A stretch of DNA of 64,000 nucleotides from Eremomyces bilateralis CBS 781.70 (taxonomy: Eukaryota), in NCBI GenBank assembly GCA_010015585.1, contig ML975150.1; one strand, 5' to 3'. The position numbers and the translations under genes were made by a program. A model generated the notes under the pieces. The model was not told where the DNA came from. It did no database searches and saw nothing but the letters and a program-made list of their open reading frames with translations. Below are positions 47,940 through 62,041 of the stretch, in pieces. How positions within the stretch are numbered: the first letter of the stretch is position 1; each line of letters opens with the position of its first letter.

Positions 47940-49096
47940 TTGTCGATTGGGTGCGGGCTTTGCGTGGTGAATGAGTCGTGGACTCTATACTGACTGCCTT
48001 GAGCAGATATTGAGACTAGCATACGAAAATCCCGCCCAAAAATTCGAGACAGGGACACCACACACCCGGGTTTAGCGAAGACATATTGCCGCTCCCTGGA
48101 TCACCTTACCTTCTCTGTACATGGTTTATGTGGCTTTTTCGGTGACTTTGGACCTATAGCGGAAAGATCGATACCATGATGTTGGAGTGGCGGCATAATT
48201 AGCTCGGCGTTGCTGGCCATTTTGCAGTGCTTTCGAGGCTTTTGATTGAATCAAGTGTCGATTGGCATGATGCGGTTCAAAAAGAGGAAGACTTCTGGTT
48301 GAGGCGTATGAAAGATAGCTAGGGAAACAAAGACGGACGAAAATGGGAAGGTTAATGTGGACAGAGAAACGTCTCCGGCTTCTCCATACATAGAAGGATT
48401 CTGGAAAGTCAGTACAATAGCTGCTACAGTTCTGATTATATAAACTAAAGCTTTATTTGAGTCGCGATGCAAGTATAGTACGGAATACATATCTGCATTT
48501 GATAGTTTGGCTTGGGTTCATGATCAAATCAAAACCCATACAATAGCACAATATTATGTTTACACTTTTACATCATCCAGGCGTGCCAGGTAAATAAACC
48601 ACAAATCTGGTAAACGATCGAATCCAAAACCAAGGTAGAGAATCCATGCTAATTCTACAAGTGTGCCCTGAGTATTACCTGTGACTTCATCACTGTTCCT
48701 CGTTACGCTGGTGCCCAGCTTCACACGCCACACGAGCTCTCCTGCCACCATGGATCTACACATGGAATAGAACCTCGACAATTGATACATTGTTCAAAGC
48801 TACACTTCAACAGACAACATCTTTGTTTGAATTCCACTCTGAAGGTTGGGCGATATTTGACACGGAATTTGGTTGAGATCGGACTTATATCCATACAATA
48901 AAATCGGGTCCCATGATCACACCCATCCTACATCAGTTCATATCTCACCGACCTGCTGTCTTAACCTGAATCCTTCACCTCCGGCCATTCCCCTGAAACA
49001 CTCTCCAATCACATCTACCATCCTCCCTTCTTTAACAATTACCCTTTCCAGTCCTCCACTATCTTGAATCCACCCTCACCCTTCCCCACCGCCAAA

Positions 49097-51790
49097 ATGC
49101 TCCCAGGCTACCGCGGCAACCGCCCCCCCCCTTCCTCCTCCAACTCCCGCCCCTCCGAATCCCAACCCTTCCTCGACCGCCCCGATCCTCGCTACGGCGC
49201 CCAACAACCTCCTCCCGGTCGCTACAACAACGGCCCTTCTCACGATCCAAATGCCCCCTATCGCGACCACAGTCCCGCGCCCACGTACCGCTCCCGCGAC
49301 CCCCGCCAAGACCCTTACAACGAATACCAGAACCACCCCCCCAGCCGCTCCGGCGGCGGCGGCGGCGGCGGCATGACGCTCCGCCCCGTGAAATCCCCCG
49401 GAGGCAACGAAGCGGCCTTCTCGAACATCGCGCTCGTCTCCCCGGCGGACTTCGGCGGCGCCCCCGGCAAAGGCGCGCGGACGTACATCCTTCTCAACGG
49501 GCGATACGTGCTGACGGCGGAGCCGAGCGAGGCATGTCAGCCGGGGACGGTGGGGCTGACGGATGCGCAGCGGACGTGGGCGGAGGTGAGCATTGGGCCG
49601 AACGACACGGTGGGGGTGGAGCGGTATGATGTGCGGAGTCAGGGAGCGCCGTTGTTGGCGAGTGCGGATGTGGAGATTGGGTTTGCGACGGCGAAGAAGC
49701 AGCATGAGAATCCGTATGATCAGGATGAGTTGACGCAGGCAGTTATTAAGGTGAGTGGTGGCGATGGAGAGGCTACGGAGATATGGGAGTGGGCTAACTT
49801 GTGGTAGTCGTTCCGCGATCAGTTCCTGGCGCCTGGACAGGGCCTTTTGCTGAACCATAAGAACATTCCGCTAAGGATCTTGGTGAGAGGTGTGCAGCTT
49901 CTGGATATATCCACCGGAGACGCGAAGGACGAGAAAGGAGGTGAAAAAGCGGCTGATCCGCGAAAGCGGGGGATCGTGAATCCAAGCACGCAATTCAACT
50001 TCTTCAAAGAGGATGCCACTATCCTAAACCTCAAGGCCTCCATGTCGCGTCCCGCCGCGAACTCCGTACTCCAGCCCAATTTCGAGTTTGGAAACCTACA
50101 GGTTGGTGGCTTGGACAAGGAACTGGGCAACATCTTCCGGCGCGCGTTTTCGTCACGAATCTTCCCGCAAGGGGTGATGGAGGCCCTGGGGATCACTCAC
50201 GTCAAAGGTATCCTCCTTTACGGACCTCCAGGGACGGGAAAAACCCTGCTGGCCCGCGAACTCGGGCGTTCGTTAAACGCGCACAGTCCCAAGATCGTCA
50301 ACGGTCCGGAGATCTTGAACTCTTACGTCGGCAAGTCCGAAGAGAACGTACGCAACCTGTTCGTCGACGCGGAGAAGGAATGGAAGGAGAAGAAGTCCGA
50401 GAGCAAGACGCATCTGATCATCTTCGACGAGATTGACGCTATCTGCAAGCAGCGAGGCTCGGGCGTCGGCGGCGGCACGGGTGTTGGCGACAGCATCGTC
50501 AACCAGCTCCTCTCCAAGATGGACGGTGTCGATCAGCTCAACAACATCCTCGTCGTCGGCATGACCAATCGCCGCGATCTCCTCGACGACGCGCTCCTCC
50601 GCCCCGGCCGCTTCGACGTGCAGGTGGAGATCGGCCTGCCGAGCGAAGACGGCCGCGAACAGATCCTCGAGATCCTCACCCGCAGCGCGGTGAAAAGTGG
50701 CCGCTTCGCCGACGACATCTCCCTCAAGGAGCTCGCCCGCATCACCAAGAACTTCTCCGGTGCCGAGCTCGCCGCCCTCTACCGCGCCGCCGGCTCCATC
50801 GCCATGACCCGCCACGTGCGCTTCGGCCGTGGCGAGTCCGGCACCGTCGAGCGCCCGGAGGACCTAACCCTCACGATGGCGGACTTCCTGCAAGCGTTCG
50901 AGAACGACGTGAAGCCCGCGCACGGGCTGCAGGTTGACGAGCTGGACGCGAGGATCCGCTATGGCATCATCCCGTACTCGCCGCGCATCAAGGAGATCCT
51001 GACCAAGGGACGGCGGGCGCTGGCGGCATGCTTCAATGCGGAGTCAGGGAAGGATACCCAGGTGCGGCCGACATGTATCTTGCTACACGGGCTTGCTGGA
51101 GCTGGGACGTCGGCGCTCGCGAGTCGCATGGCGCTGGACGCCGATGTGCCGCTGGTGAAGTTCGTGGGGCCGACGAATTTCATTGGATATGGAGCGATGC
51201 AGACGGTTGGGGGGCTACAGAAGGCGTTCAATGACGCGGCACGGAGCAAGCAGAGTATCATCGTCCTAGATGATATCGAAGGGTTGATCGAGTGGTTTGA
51301 TGTGGGCATGCGATACAGCACGCAGGTATTGGCGGCACTTATGCGCCTGCTCACCGAATTGTTACCAAAGGTTCGTGCTATCTAATCTATCTCGCACTCA
51401 GTTCTCCGTCAGCTAACATTCGACCCTCAGGGCCACCGCCTCGCCGTCATCGGCACCACCCGCACCCCCGAGCCCCTCAAGCAGCTTCGCCTTTGGCAAT
51501 TCTTCCAAACCAAGATCGACGTCCCCTACGTGAGTGGGGTCAACGAGCTCGCGCAGGTGCTGCGCCATTCCGGGAAGTTCTCCGACCGGTCGCAACAGCT
51601 GATTCACGCGACGCTGCAAGATCAGTTGCGCGGGAACCCGTTGTCGGTGGGGATCAGAGATGTGTTCCACGCGGTGGAGATGGCGAGCGATGCGGAGCCG
51701 CATGTATTTGCGGATGTGTTGCTGAGTAGGGTGCAGGAGGATAATCCTTTCTTGATGCCGCCGCCGCCGGAGGAGGAGAGTATGGAATAG
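49097..51790 (+). CDS. SEC18: Vesicle-fusing AAA ATPase Sec18/NSF
   Basis: GGLDKE...IFRRAFSSRIFP...HVKGILLYGPPGTGKT...PKIVNGPEILN-YVGKSEEN...IIFDEIDAICKQRGS...GMTNRRDLLDDALLRPGR; introns 49751-49807 and 51371-51430. Confidence 0.95.
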
Positions 51791-54288
51791 ATGTCAAGGT
51801 TTGGCGATATGTCTAGCATAATTGATTCCAATTGAATAGAATCCATGCCTTCGACGTAAGTCCCCCGCCAGTGTACTAGAAAAAGTTGCACGCAATCCAC
51901 CGCGAGTATCTGGTTCCTCCCCTCGATGCATGCCTCCAGCCATATCAAATAATATACATAGGAGTAGTATATCTGATTGGGTCCTTCCGAACTTTGGACA
52001 GTATTCATGCTCCATGTTGACTGCATACCAGACTGGGGGCTTTCAGTGCCCTCAACACTTCGATGAAGTACATCCCTCTGCTTACCGTAATGCAGTGTAC
52101 TTAGACCTGGATACATGTTCCAGGCCCGCAATTTCCCCCGCCAGACCTCCCAGTGTAACTTGACCATCAGACCGAGTGTGGCCGGAGAAATTCACCAACC
52201 CAGTAGGTGCAGGACGGGCCGGCTTATCACATATGCTGTCCACTGCCAGAATCCCCCTTCCCAACAGAATGGACGGGATGAGTGGCAAAACGGCCAACGG
52301 CCACGTCGACGTGCCGTTGGCATTGTTCGCTTGGGCTGCAGGAGGGCTCTCGGGGTGCATACAGATGGCATCATGTGTACTCGCCCGAGAACGACCTTAC
52401 TTGCCCGTACCCGACAACTGAGGAGCGGATTTCCGGTGTAAGAGGCTAGCGATTAGCCGTTAGCATAGGTCTCCAATCGCCGTCCTCCTCGCTGGTATGC
52501 AGGACCCATGTACGAACACATCGATGGACGACTGGAGCAGGTCGGTCTGGGACACCTGATACCACGACATCCCGGCCACGCTGCTTCGAGTCCTGCTACT
52601 CAGTGCCCGCATCGTGGACGGATCTGCGGCTGCATAGTCTAAGCGTGGCGGGTGCAGCTAGTCGCCCGGAACTGAATCGACACCCGGGATAAACGGGGAC
52701 GCCCTGTGATTTGCGAGCCGGAGAGGGAGGAGAGGATTCCAGTCGCCTCTGCTTGGAGGGCGGAGCTCTCCACAGGCATCACGGCAGCACGCACACGCAT
52801 ATTCAACATGACACCAATCTCGCGTGGTTTGTACTCAGTGCTTCCAGTACCGGAGCTTCGAACGGCCTGTACGACTAGCCCATGTTGCCTTAGCATGGGA
52901 TCATGTAGTACTGGCTCGGGAAGCTTGGGCATGGCCGGACCAACGGCGTATTAAGGTGCTGAGACTTCGGGTTGTATCTTTTCCCTCATCGTTGTTGGCA
53001 GTTGGAGAGTTGCATAAACTGAGTATCAGCTGTGTACACTTTAAGGCGATATGCGCCAAGCGCGAGGATACCCATGACTCGCTCCACACGTCGATTTCGG
53101 CTTCCTACAAGGTCTCTCGAGGTTCTCTCTAATTACGTCTACAGACTGCTCCAATTCCTACAGAGGTTTCTACTCGTCTATCAAAATTCGAATCGCCCCA
53201 AATGACGCCAACGATAATCCGTCCCGCGTCGCGAAGCCCATCTCCGCAATGCCCCGTAAATCTCACCCCTAGCCCGCCCTGCACCATCGCCCTCGTCGCT
53301 ACGAGGATTCCTGACACGAGCAACAACGATGCAGCTCTCCGCTCCGAAGGGATAGCTGTGTGCCTTTCCTCCGATCCGAGGCCCTGGTTCCCTCAGCGAA
53401 AGCCAGTCCATCCAGTCGAACGGACGCATGCGGAAATTCTGCCAACTCATCCGCTCCATCAAATCGCTAGTTGACAACGGAGCAAGTTTGATGCAGATAG
53501 CAGCGTTGTCCGGCATCGCCATCCATGCACTCGCGCGTTTCTCCAATCTTCATGGTCATGCTGATTTTACGGAGTTTTTAGCCCGGCCCGGGGTTTTCGG
53601 CTTGCTTCTGCCTTGGGGAGATTGTTGATGGGGGTAATGGGATCATGCCCCGTCATTGCCGACTAAAACCTCATGCTGTGGAGAGGTCGATTCTCTGGCC
53701 TCACCATTGATTCTTATTGGACTTCCAGAGAACGAATTAGTCGTGTTCTAGGCCGTCTTCCCTGTACTACTGCCATTTTATTCTGCTTCAATTTCTGATG
53801 CGCAGGCAGCGCTTGGCGGCAATGTTGGTAGCAGTCGTCCCTGGCTTCCTTAGTCTGATATCCCACCGACTACTGTACCACATGATGATTTCGAGGCAAT
53901 TGAATGGCCAATGGCTGCCGTATCTCCACCGGATGCTCATCTTCCTGTCTAGGTTAAGCATTTCCTGGCATCTGGTGTTGTGGGATGTCCGTTGAGTGGT
54001 CAATGGCAGGTGAAGTGCTCGAACTGTCGTATCAGTCAATCCCAGAGCATCGACGATGGTGGAGAAAGTTGGAAATCCTGTCATCGCTCTGCAGTAACCG
54101 TCCGGGGGTTGACGGGTATAAAAAGGTGAGAAATTTGGAAAGTTTTCGATTTCCTTCTGCTTCCTTTTCCTCCAGTCCGTCGCCAATTCTTCCGAGTCAG
54201 ATATCATTACTTGAAGCATCATTACTTGTCACAAGTCCATACTTAGCCCAACATCACCTCAACCGAGTCACTCCACAGACTTATCATC

Positions 54289-54989
54289 ATGACTTCCACT
54301 CAACAGTACGCATACTACTCACCCACTCAGTCAGCTCCAGTGAGCATGCCCCAGAAGCCGGGTCAATATCCTGCTTCTGCCTATCCGTACTACCAGAACC
54401 CCTATCAGCGTCTGTCTGCCTCGCCTCCAGAGGTAGCGGACAGCTCCACCACTTCCGGCGTTGCTTCGTATTCAACCACCTCCAGCAACTACGCTGGGAG
54501 CGTCAGCGAGTACGATACCAGCTCGTCCGGTGGCAGCGCGTCAAGCGTTGATTTGCTCGACTACATGGGTGGCCGAGTACAGGCTGCCTATGATCCAATG
54601 CCCATGGATAAGAGCTTAGTACAGCAAGCGCAGACGTGAGTTTCACCGCACTGATTTCCGATGAATTGATTCTGACCATTTTCGCAGCTCCGGAAAATTG
54701 AACGCCAAAACACAAGAGCTGCTCCGCTTGCAAGCGCTCGCTCGGAGCCGACTGGCGTCGGTGCAAGCGGGCTTCAACGAGGGGATGAAGACAGCGAAGG
54801 ACGTGCAGCAGGATCTGGAATGGACACAGAAACGCGTGGCGTAAGTTCTTCGTCCCACTGGCCCATTAGATTGGAATTGTTGAAATTGACCGAGAACTCA
54901 GATCCATCAACCAACGTGCTGCGCGAAAATATCCCGCAGAATATCAAATGGCCTCGGAGCGATATCCGGCACCCGTGTCGGACTACTAG
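54289..54989 (+). CDS. KXD1: BLOC-1-related KxDL-domain protein (KXD1)
   Basis: Ser-rich N-terminus, then DPMPMDKSLVQQAQT|SGKLNAK...AKDVQQDLEWTQKRV|...KYPAEY; two introns. Confidence 0.8.
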
Positions 54990-56133
54990 CTCTGCTGCCA
55001 TCTCTCCCCCTCTCTTCATTCAATTCCCCAAGTTTTCATTTCTTCAATTGTATTATTCCCTTGGCGGCTTCCTTTTCATCGTCGGAGGTCAAATTTGAAT
55101 TTCTCACGAGGTCACGACGTTTTACGACACATGTGTTACCCCTGGTGTTCGATTTCATGCACGTCCAACCATTCTCAGCCCTGCAGGTTACCAAGGCCAA
55201 GCTCCGATCGGATCGCGTGGGCGATGCAAGGGCTTTGCGTTCGCGCCCCGTTCCCAGCGGGTCGGTCCGCACTGGTCAATGTGATTCGGGCTTCGAGACT
55301 GCAGACGGTGGGTGCGCTGGCTCGCCGTCGGATTGGATGGGGGTGCCACGGTATGGAGGGGCAGCGGATGCATGACTTAATGCTTGTTTTGCTCAATTCA
55401 GTGGAGCGACGCCGGGACAGTAGGGAGGGTGTAGTGGAGGGTATTCTGGGTGTGCAGGCGTCTGAATGGGTCACAATCGGAGGACAAGGTCAAAATGGGT
55501 GGATCCCTTTAGCTTAGTGTGCGAGTCATGGATAATTCACGTATTATACAAGCAGAGGACTCCGGTAGGGGTATCTGGACATGATCTTCAGTCCGCATGT
55601 GGCTCGTTATGGTAGGTTTGATACGAGATGTAGGCCACAGGCCGACAGAGTCGGACGAAGGACCCCTTAAAGTCTCCCAGCCCATTCAGTACAGTCCAGT
55701 GAAGATAAGCTCGAGACACAGAGATTCTCGTCTGTGGTCTCGGCGCCCTATTGGCTTCCTTGAGCACCATAGAAAGACTCGTCCCATTGAGAGAGGGTTA
55801 GTCACATGACCTAGTCATGTAGAAGACGGAGGGCTTCGATAGCATCTCGTGCTCCATATAGTGCTCTGCCAACCATTTTGGGATAGCTTAAATGTAAAGC
55901 ATATTCCCAAAGTCTATAGAATGTCAGTGCTATCCTGAAGCCCGCCATGACTGTGCTGCAACGACATACCTGACCCAGTTATGCCATCACATCTGGGCAT
56001 CGAGAGCATACACCCGTCCATAAGCAGCTCTCGAACGAAGTATTCTCATAAGTGGGATCCACAGTCCACTGGTACTTCGATATGTCCAAGCTCTTGCTAT
56101 TAATCTATAACCTCATCCCTCATCCTCCATCCA

Positions 56134-56581
56134 TCACCTCCCCTCATCCCTTATCTTCCACCCGTCATCTGGCCTCATCCCCGCCCACTGCCCCTCACCC
56201 GAGTTTGCTACTCCTTTTTTAAGACGCGCCCATGGATCTTCGATGAAACTAGGCAAGAAATACACCATATCGCCATCCGGGTTCCGGACGCCGCTGCGGA
56301 GAGCCTGGAGGTCGCCTTGGCTAAGGTTCAAGCTCATAGCCGCGGACTGATGGCTATTCTGGGGAGCGGGTGCTGGAATTTCGGCCTCATTGGATGGGGT
56401 TGGTAGGAACGCTGTGAAGACATTAGTATGGGTATCGTGGTACGGGAGAAACTACAGGTGGCTTACCAGAAGTGGGATGTGAAGGGGAGGGGTGAGGTGT
56501 GTCAGATGGCTCTCGTTTCCGCTTTTGGCTTGCGGATTCGTGGGAATTGGCGTGGGGATCCCCGACGGCGGCTTCAACCAT
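56134..56581 (-). CDS. Small conserved protein with C-terminal YFLPSFIEDPW motif
   Basis: Exons 56581-56467 and 56411-56134 join in frame (intron 56412-56466); NLS-like KRKR near the N-terminus. Confidence 0.65.
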
Positions 56582-57065
56582 TTTGAACGTTTAACAAGGA
56601 GCTATAGGTAGGACACAGTTTTCACAATTGCATGCCAATGCTCGATGGACAAAAGTTGGGAAGCTGGAGGGAAAATATATATGGAGGTACGTTTCGCACT
56701 GTGATTGGTTCGCTGAAGAATTAGACCTGACCGACGCGTCGTCCATGTCGTGTCTCGTCTGCTTCATAAAACTTCCAACCTTCATCACACCTCGTCTCCA
56801 TTTCATTTTCTGTTTCAAGGATCCATTCAAAAGTAGGTAGGTATGCACAAGTTGTTGAATCTTATTCCCATTACCGTATGTCATGTTTTAGTCGTTAATA
56901 ACATTTCCTCCGAAAACACCATGTTTCAACCAAGCGTATAAACGTATTCATCCTTGCGAACCTTATTACTTAATACCTCCCTATTCACTTACATGCATGG
57001 TGTTTTATTCCAGTCTGTAACTCTGCAATTCCATAATGATCCAAACAATGTCACGATTCGAACAC

Positions 57066-58692
57066 CTAGTCGTATTTAGGTTGGAACGGCAGGGTGGAAA
57101 GCTGCGCACCCGGATTGCCGTCGATACCGAGGATGTTATAGAACCATTTGAGGATCACGAGGAATGACTCCGGCTCTCCCATATGCTTCAGTCTAGGTAC
57201 AAAGCTATTCAAGTCAGAAAGAGCCTCAGGTGTAATGGAGGGCAACGTACCGGACTTCCTTCGGTGCACCGTGCTGTAAAGCGAGGTAGTAGTCATCAAT
57301 TGGGAAGATCTCGTCCTCAGTGCCCTAGAGACGATTAGTCTAAGAGAGAGTTATGAGGCTAGAGGTCTCACGTTGACAAGGAGTAATCTCGCACACTCCG
57401 GTATGTCGAGGGTACCATCTTTCAGTAAGGAGAACTTATCCGAAGCCTCTTTCTTGAACGTCTCGACATCATCGCCGTATCCCCACTTATAGCAGAGCGT
57501 GTTGGCGAGGCTGCAGCTCCCATCAGCACATCATCTTCGATCCCGACGAACTGGGACTTACTCGAACGGGTACTCCAAATGGTTCACCTGATCCAACCAT
57601 GCCGGCTCAAACATATAATGACACCCGCCGCCAAGCGCTGCCACACCCGCCAGCCGCTTCGCATGCGTATGCGCCAGCCTGATCGCATAGAACCCGCCCG
57701 TCGAGAACCCCCAGGCGCACACCTTGCCACTATCGATCCCCCCCTGCTGGTCGACCCAGTCCAGCAAGCTGGAAAACACTCTGTCGGGGCTGGTTCGATC
57801 CTTCGGGTCGGCGGGCGAGTCGCCGGTGCCGGGGATCTCGAGGATCGCGGTCGCAACACCGTGACGTCGCCATCCTTCAATCCATACGGCGAGCTCGGTG
57901 CGGTAGCCGTCGAGGCCGGTGATGATGATCATGAGGGGGGCCGGGTTCGCTTTTGAGGCGCTGGCGGGGAGGTGGTGGCCGATGGGGATCGACGTGCCTT
58001 CGTGGGGTAGGCCATGGGTATGCGGGACGTGGATATCATATGAGGGGTGTTCGCGCAGGCTAATGGTGGCTTTAGAGTCCGATCCGTAAAGTACATTATA
58101 ACAAGAGGCGATCTCTCACCCTAGCCCTTTGAAACACGCCTCCTTGCCTTCGACCCAGGCTTCCATTTGCTTCGGCGACCGTGGGGCCGGGAATCGCGAG
58201 ATTCGGTAAACCGCCGATGCGCGTCTGCAAGACTTGTGAGCGGTAGGGGATACGTGCCAACATGGTCACTCACAGGTAGTATTCCGAAGCCTTGTCGTTG
58301 TCGCCGGCGTTCTCCGCAGACACTGCATTGGCAACTAGTTCCTTGGCTTTGGGAACGAATACTGACGCGTATTCATCCCAGTCGTAGGGCTCGCGCATAT
58401 TCCTCTGTTCACAAGATGTTGGTGAGAGTTAGTCGAATACGGTGGTGGCACTTTCAAATACCCTTTCCATTTCCTCAACGATCGGTAGGAAGTCTTTCGC
58501 TGTCGCGAACATGAAAGGATATACGCCCATCTCAGCCTGTCTATTGTCAACATCGGCAATCTTAGGAGGGGCATCACCAGTCCATACTGGCTTCTTCCAT
58601 TTCGTCTCCCATAATTGTTTGAAGGACTCGTGATGCGGCGCAACCTGGTCCAGCTTAGCCTGGATAAAGAATTGACCTCCTGGAGCTGCCAT
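57066..58692 (-). CDS. Ayg1-like alpha/beta hydrolase (polyketide-shortening family of DHN-melanin pathways)
   Basis: HHESFKQLWETKWKKP, GVYPFM, RASAVYRISRFP, ITGLDGYR, EIPGTGDSPA, WGFSTGG nucleophile motif, LEYPF, HMGEP; multi-exon. Confidence 0.88.
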
Positions 58693-59707
58693 TGTGGGGA
58701 TTGATTTTGTAATGACAATTGAGAGACTTCGACTGATAGGCTTCAAGTGATCATAGACTTCAACAATTCAAACGTGAATTCGAACAAGGTATACAAGCTC
58801 ATACCGGTATTTCCTACACACTCATGGCTCTTTCACGGCTCTTATATATGCTTGAAACATTGCTGCTCGTTCCTGCGTTGTGCATCGCTGACTCCGTGAG
58901 GGGAGCCGACGCATCGTGACTGCACCTCATCCAAATAAGTATGTTCGACTGATCTAGGCTGCTTATCGAATTTCGTTTCCTTATTTTAGCAATATTTTAT
59001 TAGCTATGGATGCGCAAAGTGCACTCATATAAACTCAGCTTCAATCAATAAATGTCTCAACTCCGAACTTACTTAAGATCAGGTAGGTAATAATAACTAA
59101 GTCTAGTTAGTTAGAGAGCCCAAGTTTAACTATTGTTTACAGTTGCTTGTGTGACCTTATATGGTACTCTACAGCTAACTTAGGTCTGGGGATAAATCCG
59201 CATTTCGTAAACCCCCACCACAAGCACCACCCCACAATTGCGCCGATGATCGCCGGGATAGGGAGGTTCGAATATGCGAATTCTTCCGTGAGATCTTCAG
59301 ATTTGCAGTTACAGGTCGACGCAATGATAATGCAGGAATGGTGTACGACTTTATCGCCCCCGTTACTGTATTCCATCCCATCTCATAAAAATTGCAGGAT
59401 CGTGGCTTATCAAAGAGCGCCTTGAGTATTACCAAATTCTCTATAAATATGACTCAGCATTTGATGTCTCGTAACTCGTTCAGTTCTGTTGCATGATGCA
59501 TCACACATTAGGAAGAGTGGAGCTGAGCTCACAAGCTCCCCTTCCCGCCGAGATTGAAATATCGCCGTCATCCGGGTATCTTCTTCATTCCAGGTGAGGG
59601 ACAATTGCTTTAGAACATTCCTCAATTGATAGTGCAACAACTGAAAGCCAGTCACTGGAGTGCTTTGGTAATTTGAAGAAAGAAATCGTCCCAAATACAC
59701 GAAAGAA

Positions 59708-61498
59708 ATGGCTACCCCCGTGAGAAGGCCATCCTCTCGGAAAGGTCAGTTACTGTAGTCAATTGGCCATATCAGCTCTGACCTGCAGCAGGGTCGATGT
59801 CCGATGTGCCGAAAGACCTCCTTCAGCAGATCGAGCGGCTTGAGGGACTCTTCACAGTCCCGCAGGAGAAGCTCAAGGCGATAACGGACCACTTCGTGTC
59901 GGAGCTTGCCAAAGGTATGCCTCCGACTCCAGACCATGGGACTAAGAGGAGCGACCGTGGCTAACTGAGGCAGGACTGTCGAAGGAAGGCGGAAGTATAG
60001 TATGTCGAGTATCCAAATCGCGTTGTCCGACGCTCACAACCATCCTTCACAGCCAATGATCCCAACATGGTGTATGGGCATCCCAAACGGACACGAGACC
60101 GGCACCTTTCTCGCCGTGGATATGGGCGGGACTAATCTCCGGGTTTGCGAGATTGTGCTCCCAGATGCGAAGGGCGAGTTCGACATAATACAATCGAAAT
60201 ACCGAATGCCGGAGGAGTTGCGGACTGGAACAGCGGAGGAGCTGTGGGGATACACGGCGGATTGTATCAAACAGTTCATCGAGTATCATCATGAAGATGA
60301 GAAGCTTGACCAACTACCCATGGGTTTTACGTTTTCGTACCCGGTCTCGCAGGAATATATTGACCATGGAGTGCTCCAGAGGTGGACGAAAGGCTTTGAT
60401 ATAGATGGCGTTGAAGGGGTGGATGTGGTTCCTCCGTTTGAAGCGGCACTCAAAGAGAGAGTATGGCATATGCAACGTCAAATGTTGCTTGGAAACTGAC
60501 TTGGTTCTGTATAGGGTGTTCCCATCAAACTAACCGCACTCGTCAACGACACCACCGGTACCCTTATGGCATCGGCATATACTGATGATACCGTCAAGAT
60601 CGGCTGCATCTTTGGAACCGGCTGCAACGCCGCATATGTGGAAGACTGCGGCTCAATACCGAAACTCGAGCACATGAACCTCGACCCGAAGCTACCGATG
60701 GCTATCAACTGCGAGTGGGGTGCTTTCGACAACGAACACATCATCCTACCGCGTACTCCGTACGACATCATCGTCGACAAGGAATCTCCACGGCCAGGCC
60801 AGCAGAGTTTTGAAAAAATGGTCGCAGGGCTGTATCTCGGAGAGCTGTTCCGTCTGGTCCTGCTTGACTTGCATACGAACCCAGAAGTCCAGATATTCAA
60901 AGGCCAAAACGTAGACGAGTTGCAAAAGATGTACTCTTTGGACGCGTCGTTCCTTTCAGCCATTGAAGTGTGCGTATTTCTCAGCCCTCGATTCTGACCT
61001 TTCCCTAATCCCTTCCCAGGGACCCTTATGAGAATCTTCAAGAAACCGCGGATCTCTTCTCCTCAAAACTAGGCATCCACGTCAACAAGCCCGAACTAGA
61101 GCTCTGCCGCCGGCTCGCCGAACTGATCGGCACTCGGGCCGCCCGACTCACCTCCTGCGGCGTCGCAGCCATCTGCAAGAAAAAGGGATATACGAGCTGC
61201 AAAGCTGGTGCGGATGGCTCAGTCTTCAACAGGTACCCGCACTTCAAAGCTCGAGGAGCGCAAGCTCTACGGGAGATTTTCGACTGGCCCAGCGACCTGA
61301 AGGATCCGATTGAGGTGATTCCTTCAGAGGATGGGTCCGGCGTAGGGGCCGCACTTATCGCGGCGTTGACGCTGAGGAGGTTGAAAGAAGGCAACCACGC
61401 TGGAATTCGGTATGTTCATTTTGTGCTGGTAAAGGTTTGTGCCATCCTAACGCAATCGCAGAGATCCACAGGCAATTCTTGCTTCGGCGAAGTCCTAG
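59708..61498 (+). CDS. HXK: Hexokinase
   Basis: AVDMGGTNLRV, PMGFTFSYP, RWTKGFDI, VNDTTGT, IFGTGCNAAY, INCEWGAFD, EDGSGVGAA; multi-exon. Confidence 0.97.
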
Positions 61499-62041
61499 GA
61501 CGGACCAGCGGCCGTATAGTCCCGCTCTAGTATGGTCGATGAAGGAAATGATGAGGCTAATCCCGTCTTGAACCAAATGACAGATATGGTTAAGTGAATA
61601 GATGAATGAAAACAAAACTTGGAAGATAGATAGGTACCTGTGTAGCAACCTACCTCTAATGAACCTTTTCGCTCTTGGGCCGAGAAGTTTTGTCTTTGCC
61701 AAAGTTCACAACTAAAAGCCTATAACTAAAATATACTATAGTTAAATCAATAGAGCACTAAACCAAAGGTAATGTTCAAGCATCTAACTAGGTATCTGTG
61801 ATGTAAGTTAGATTATTACTCACTAGAACTTTGCCACTCCGTCAGTCTTTGTGTTAAACAAACTTCATGAGTATGAATCATTGACGCTAACCCCAAAGAG
61901 GACTAGCGTACCATCCCCAACTTTTGATTTGCAGACAATGAACGTCAACCATCGACTCCAAGCTCTGCACATTTTGCGAGAATATCACTGTCCACCTCTG
62001 TCGAAACAGGACAATTAGACCATGCCATACACCTCTTGAGT

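Noticed and set aside
49076..51354. Long antisense ORFs over SEC18 (and similar ones over other GC-rich genes)
   Set aside because: Shadow ORFs caused by high GC3 codon bias of the sense gene.
51800..54280. Many 60-190 aa ORFs in the 2.5 kb between SEC18 and KXD1
   Set aside because: No motifs, and overlapping on both strands as expected by chance; likely a long regulatory/UTR region.
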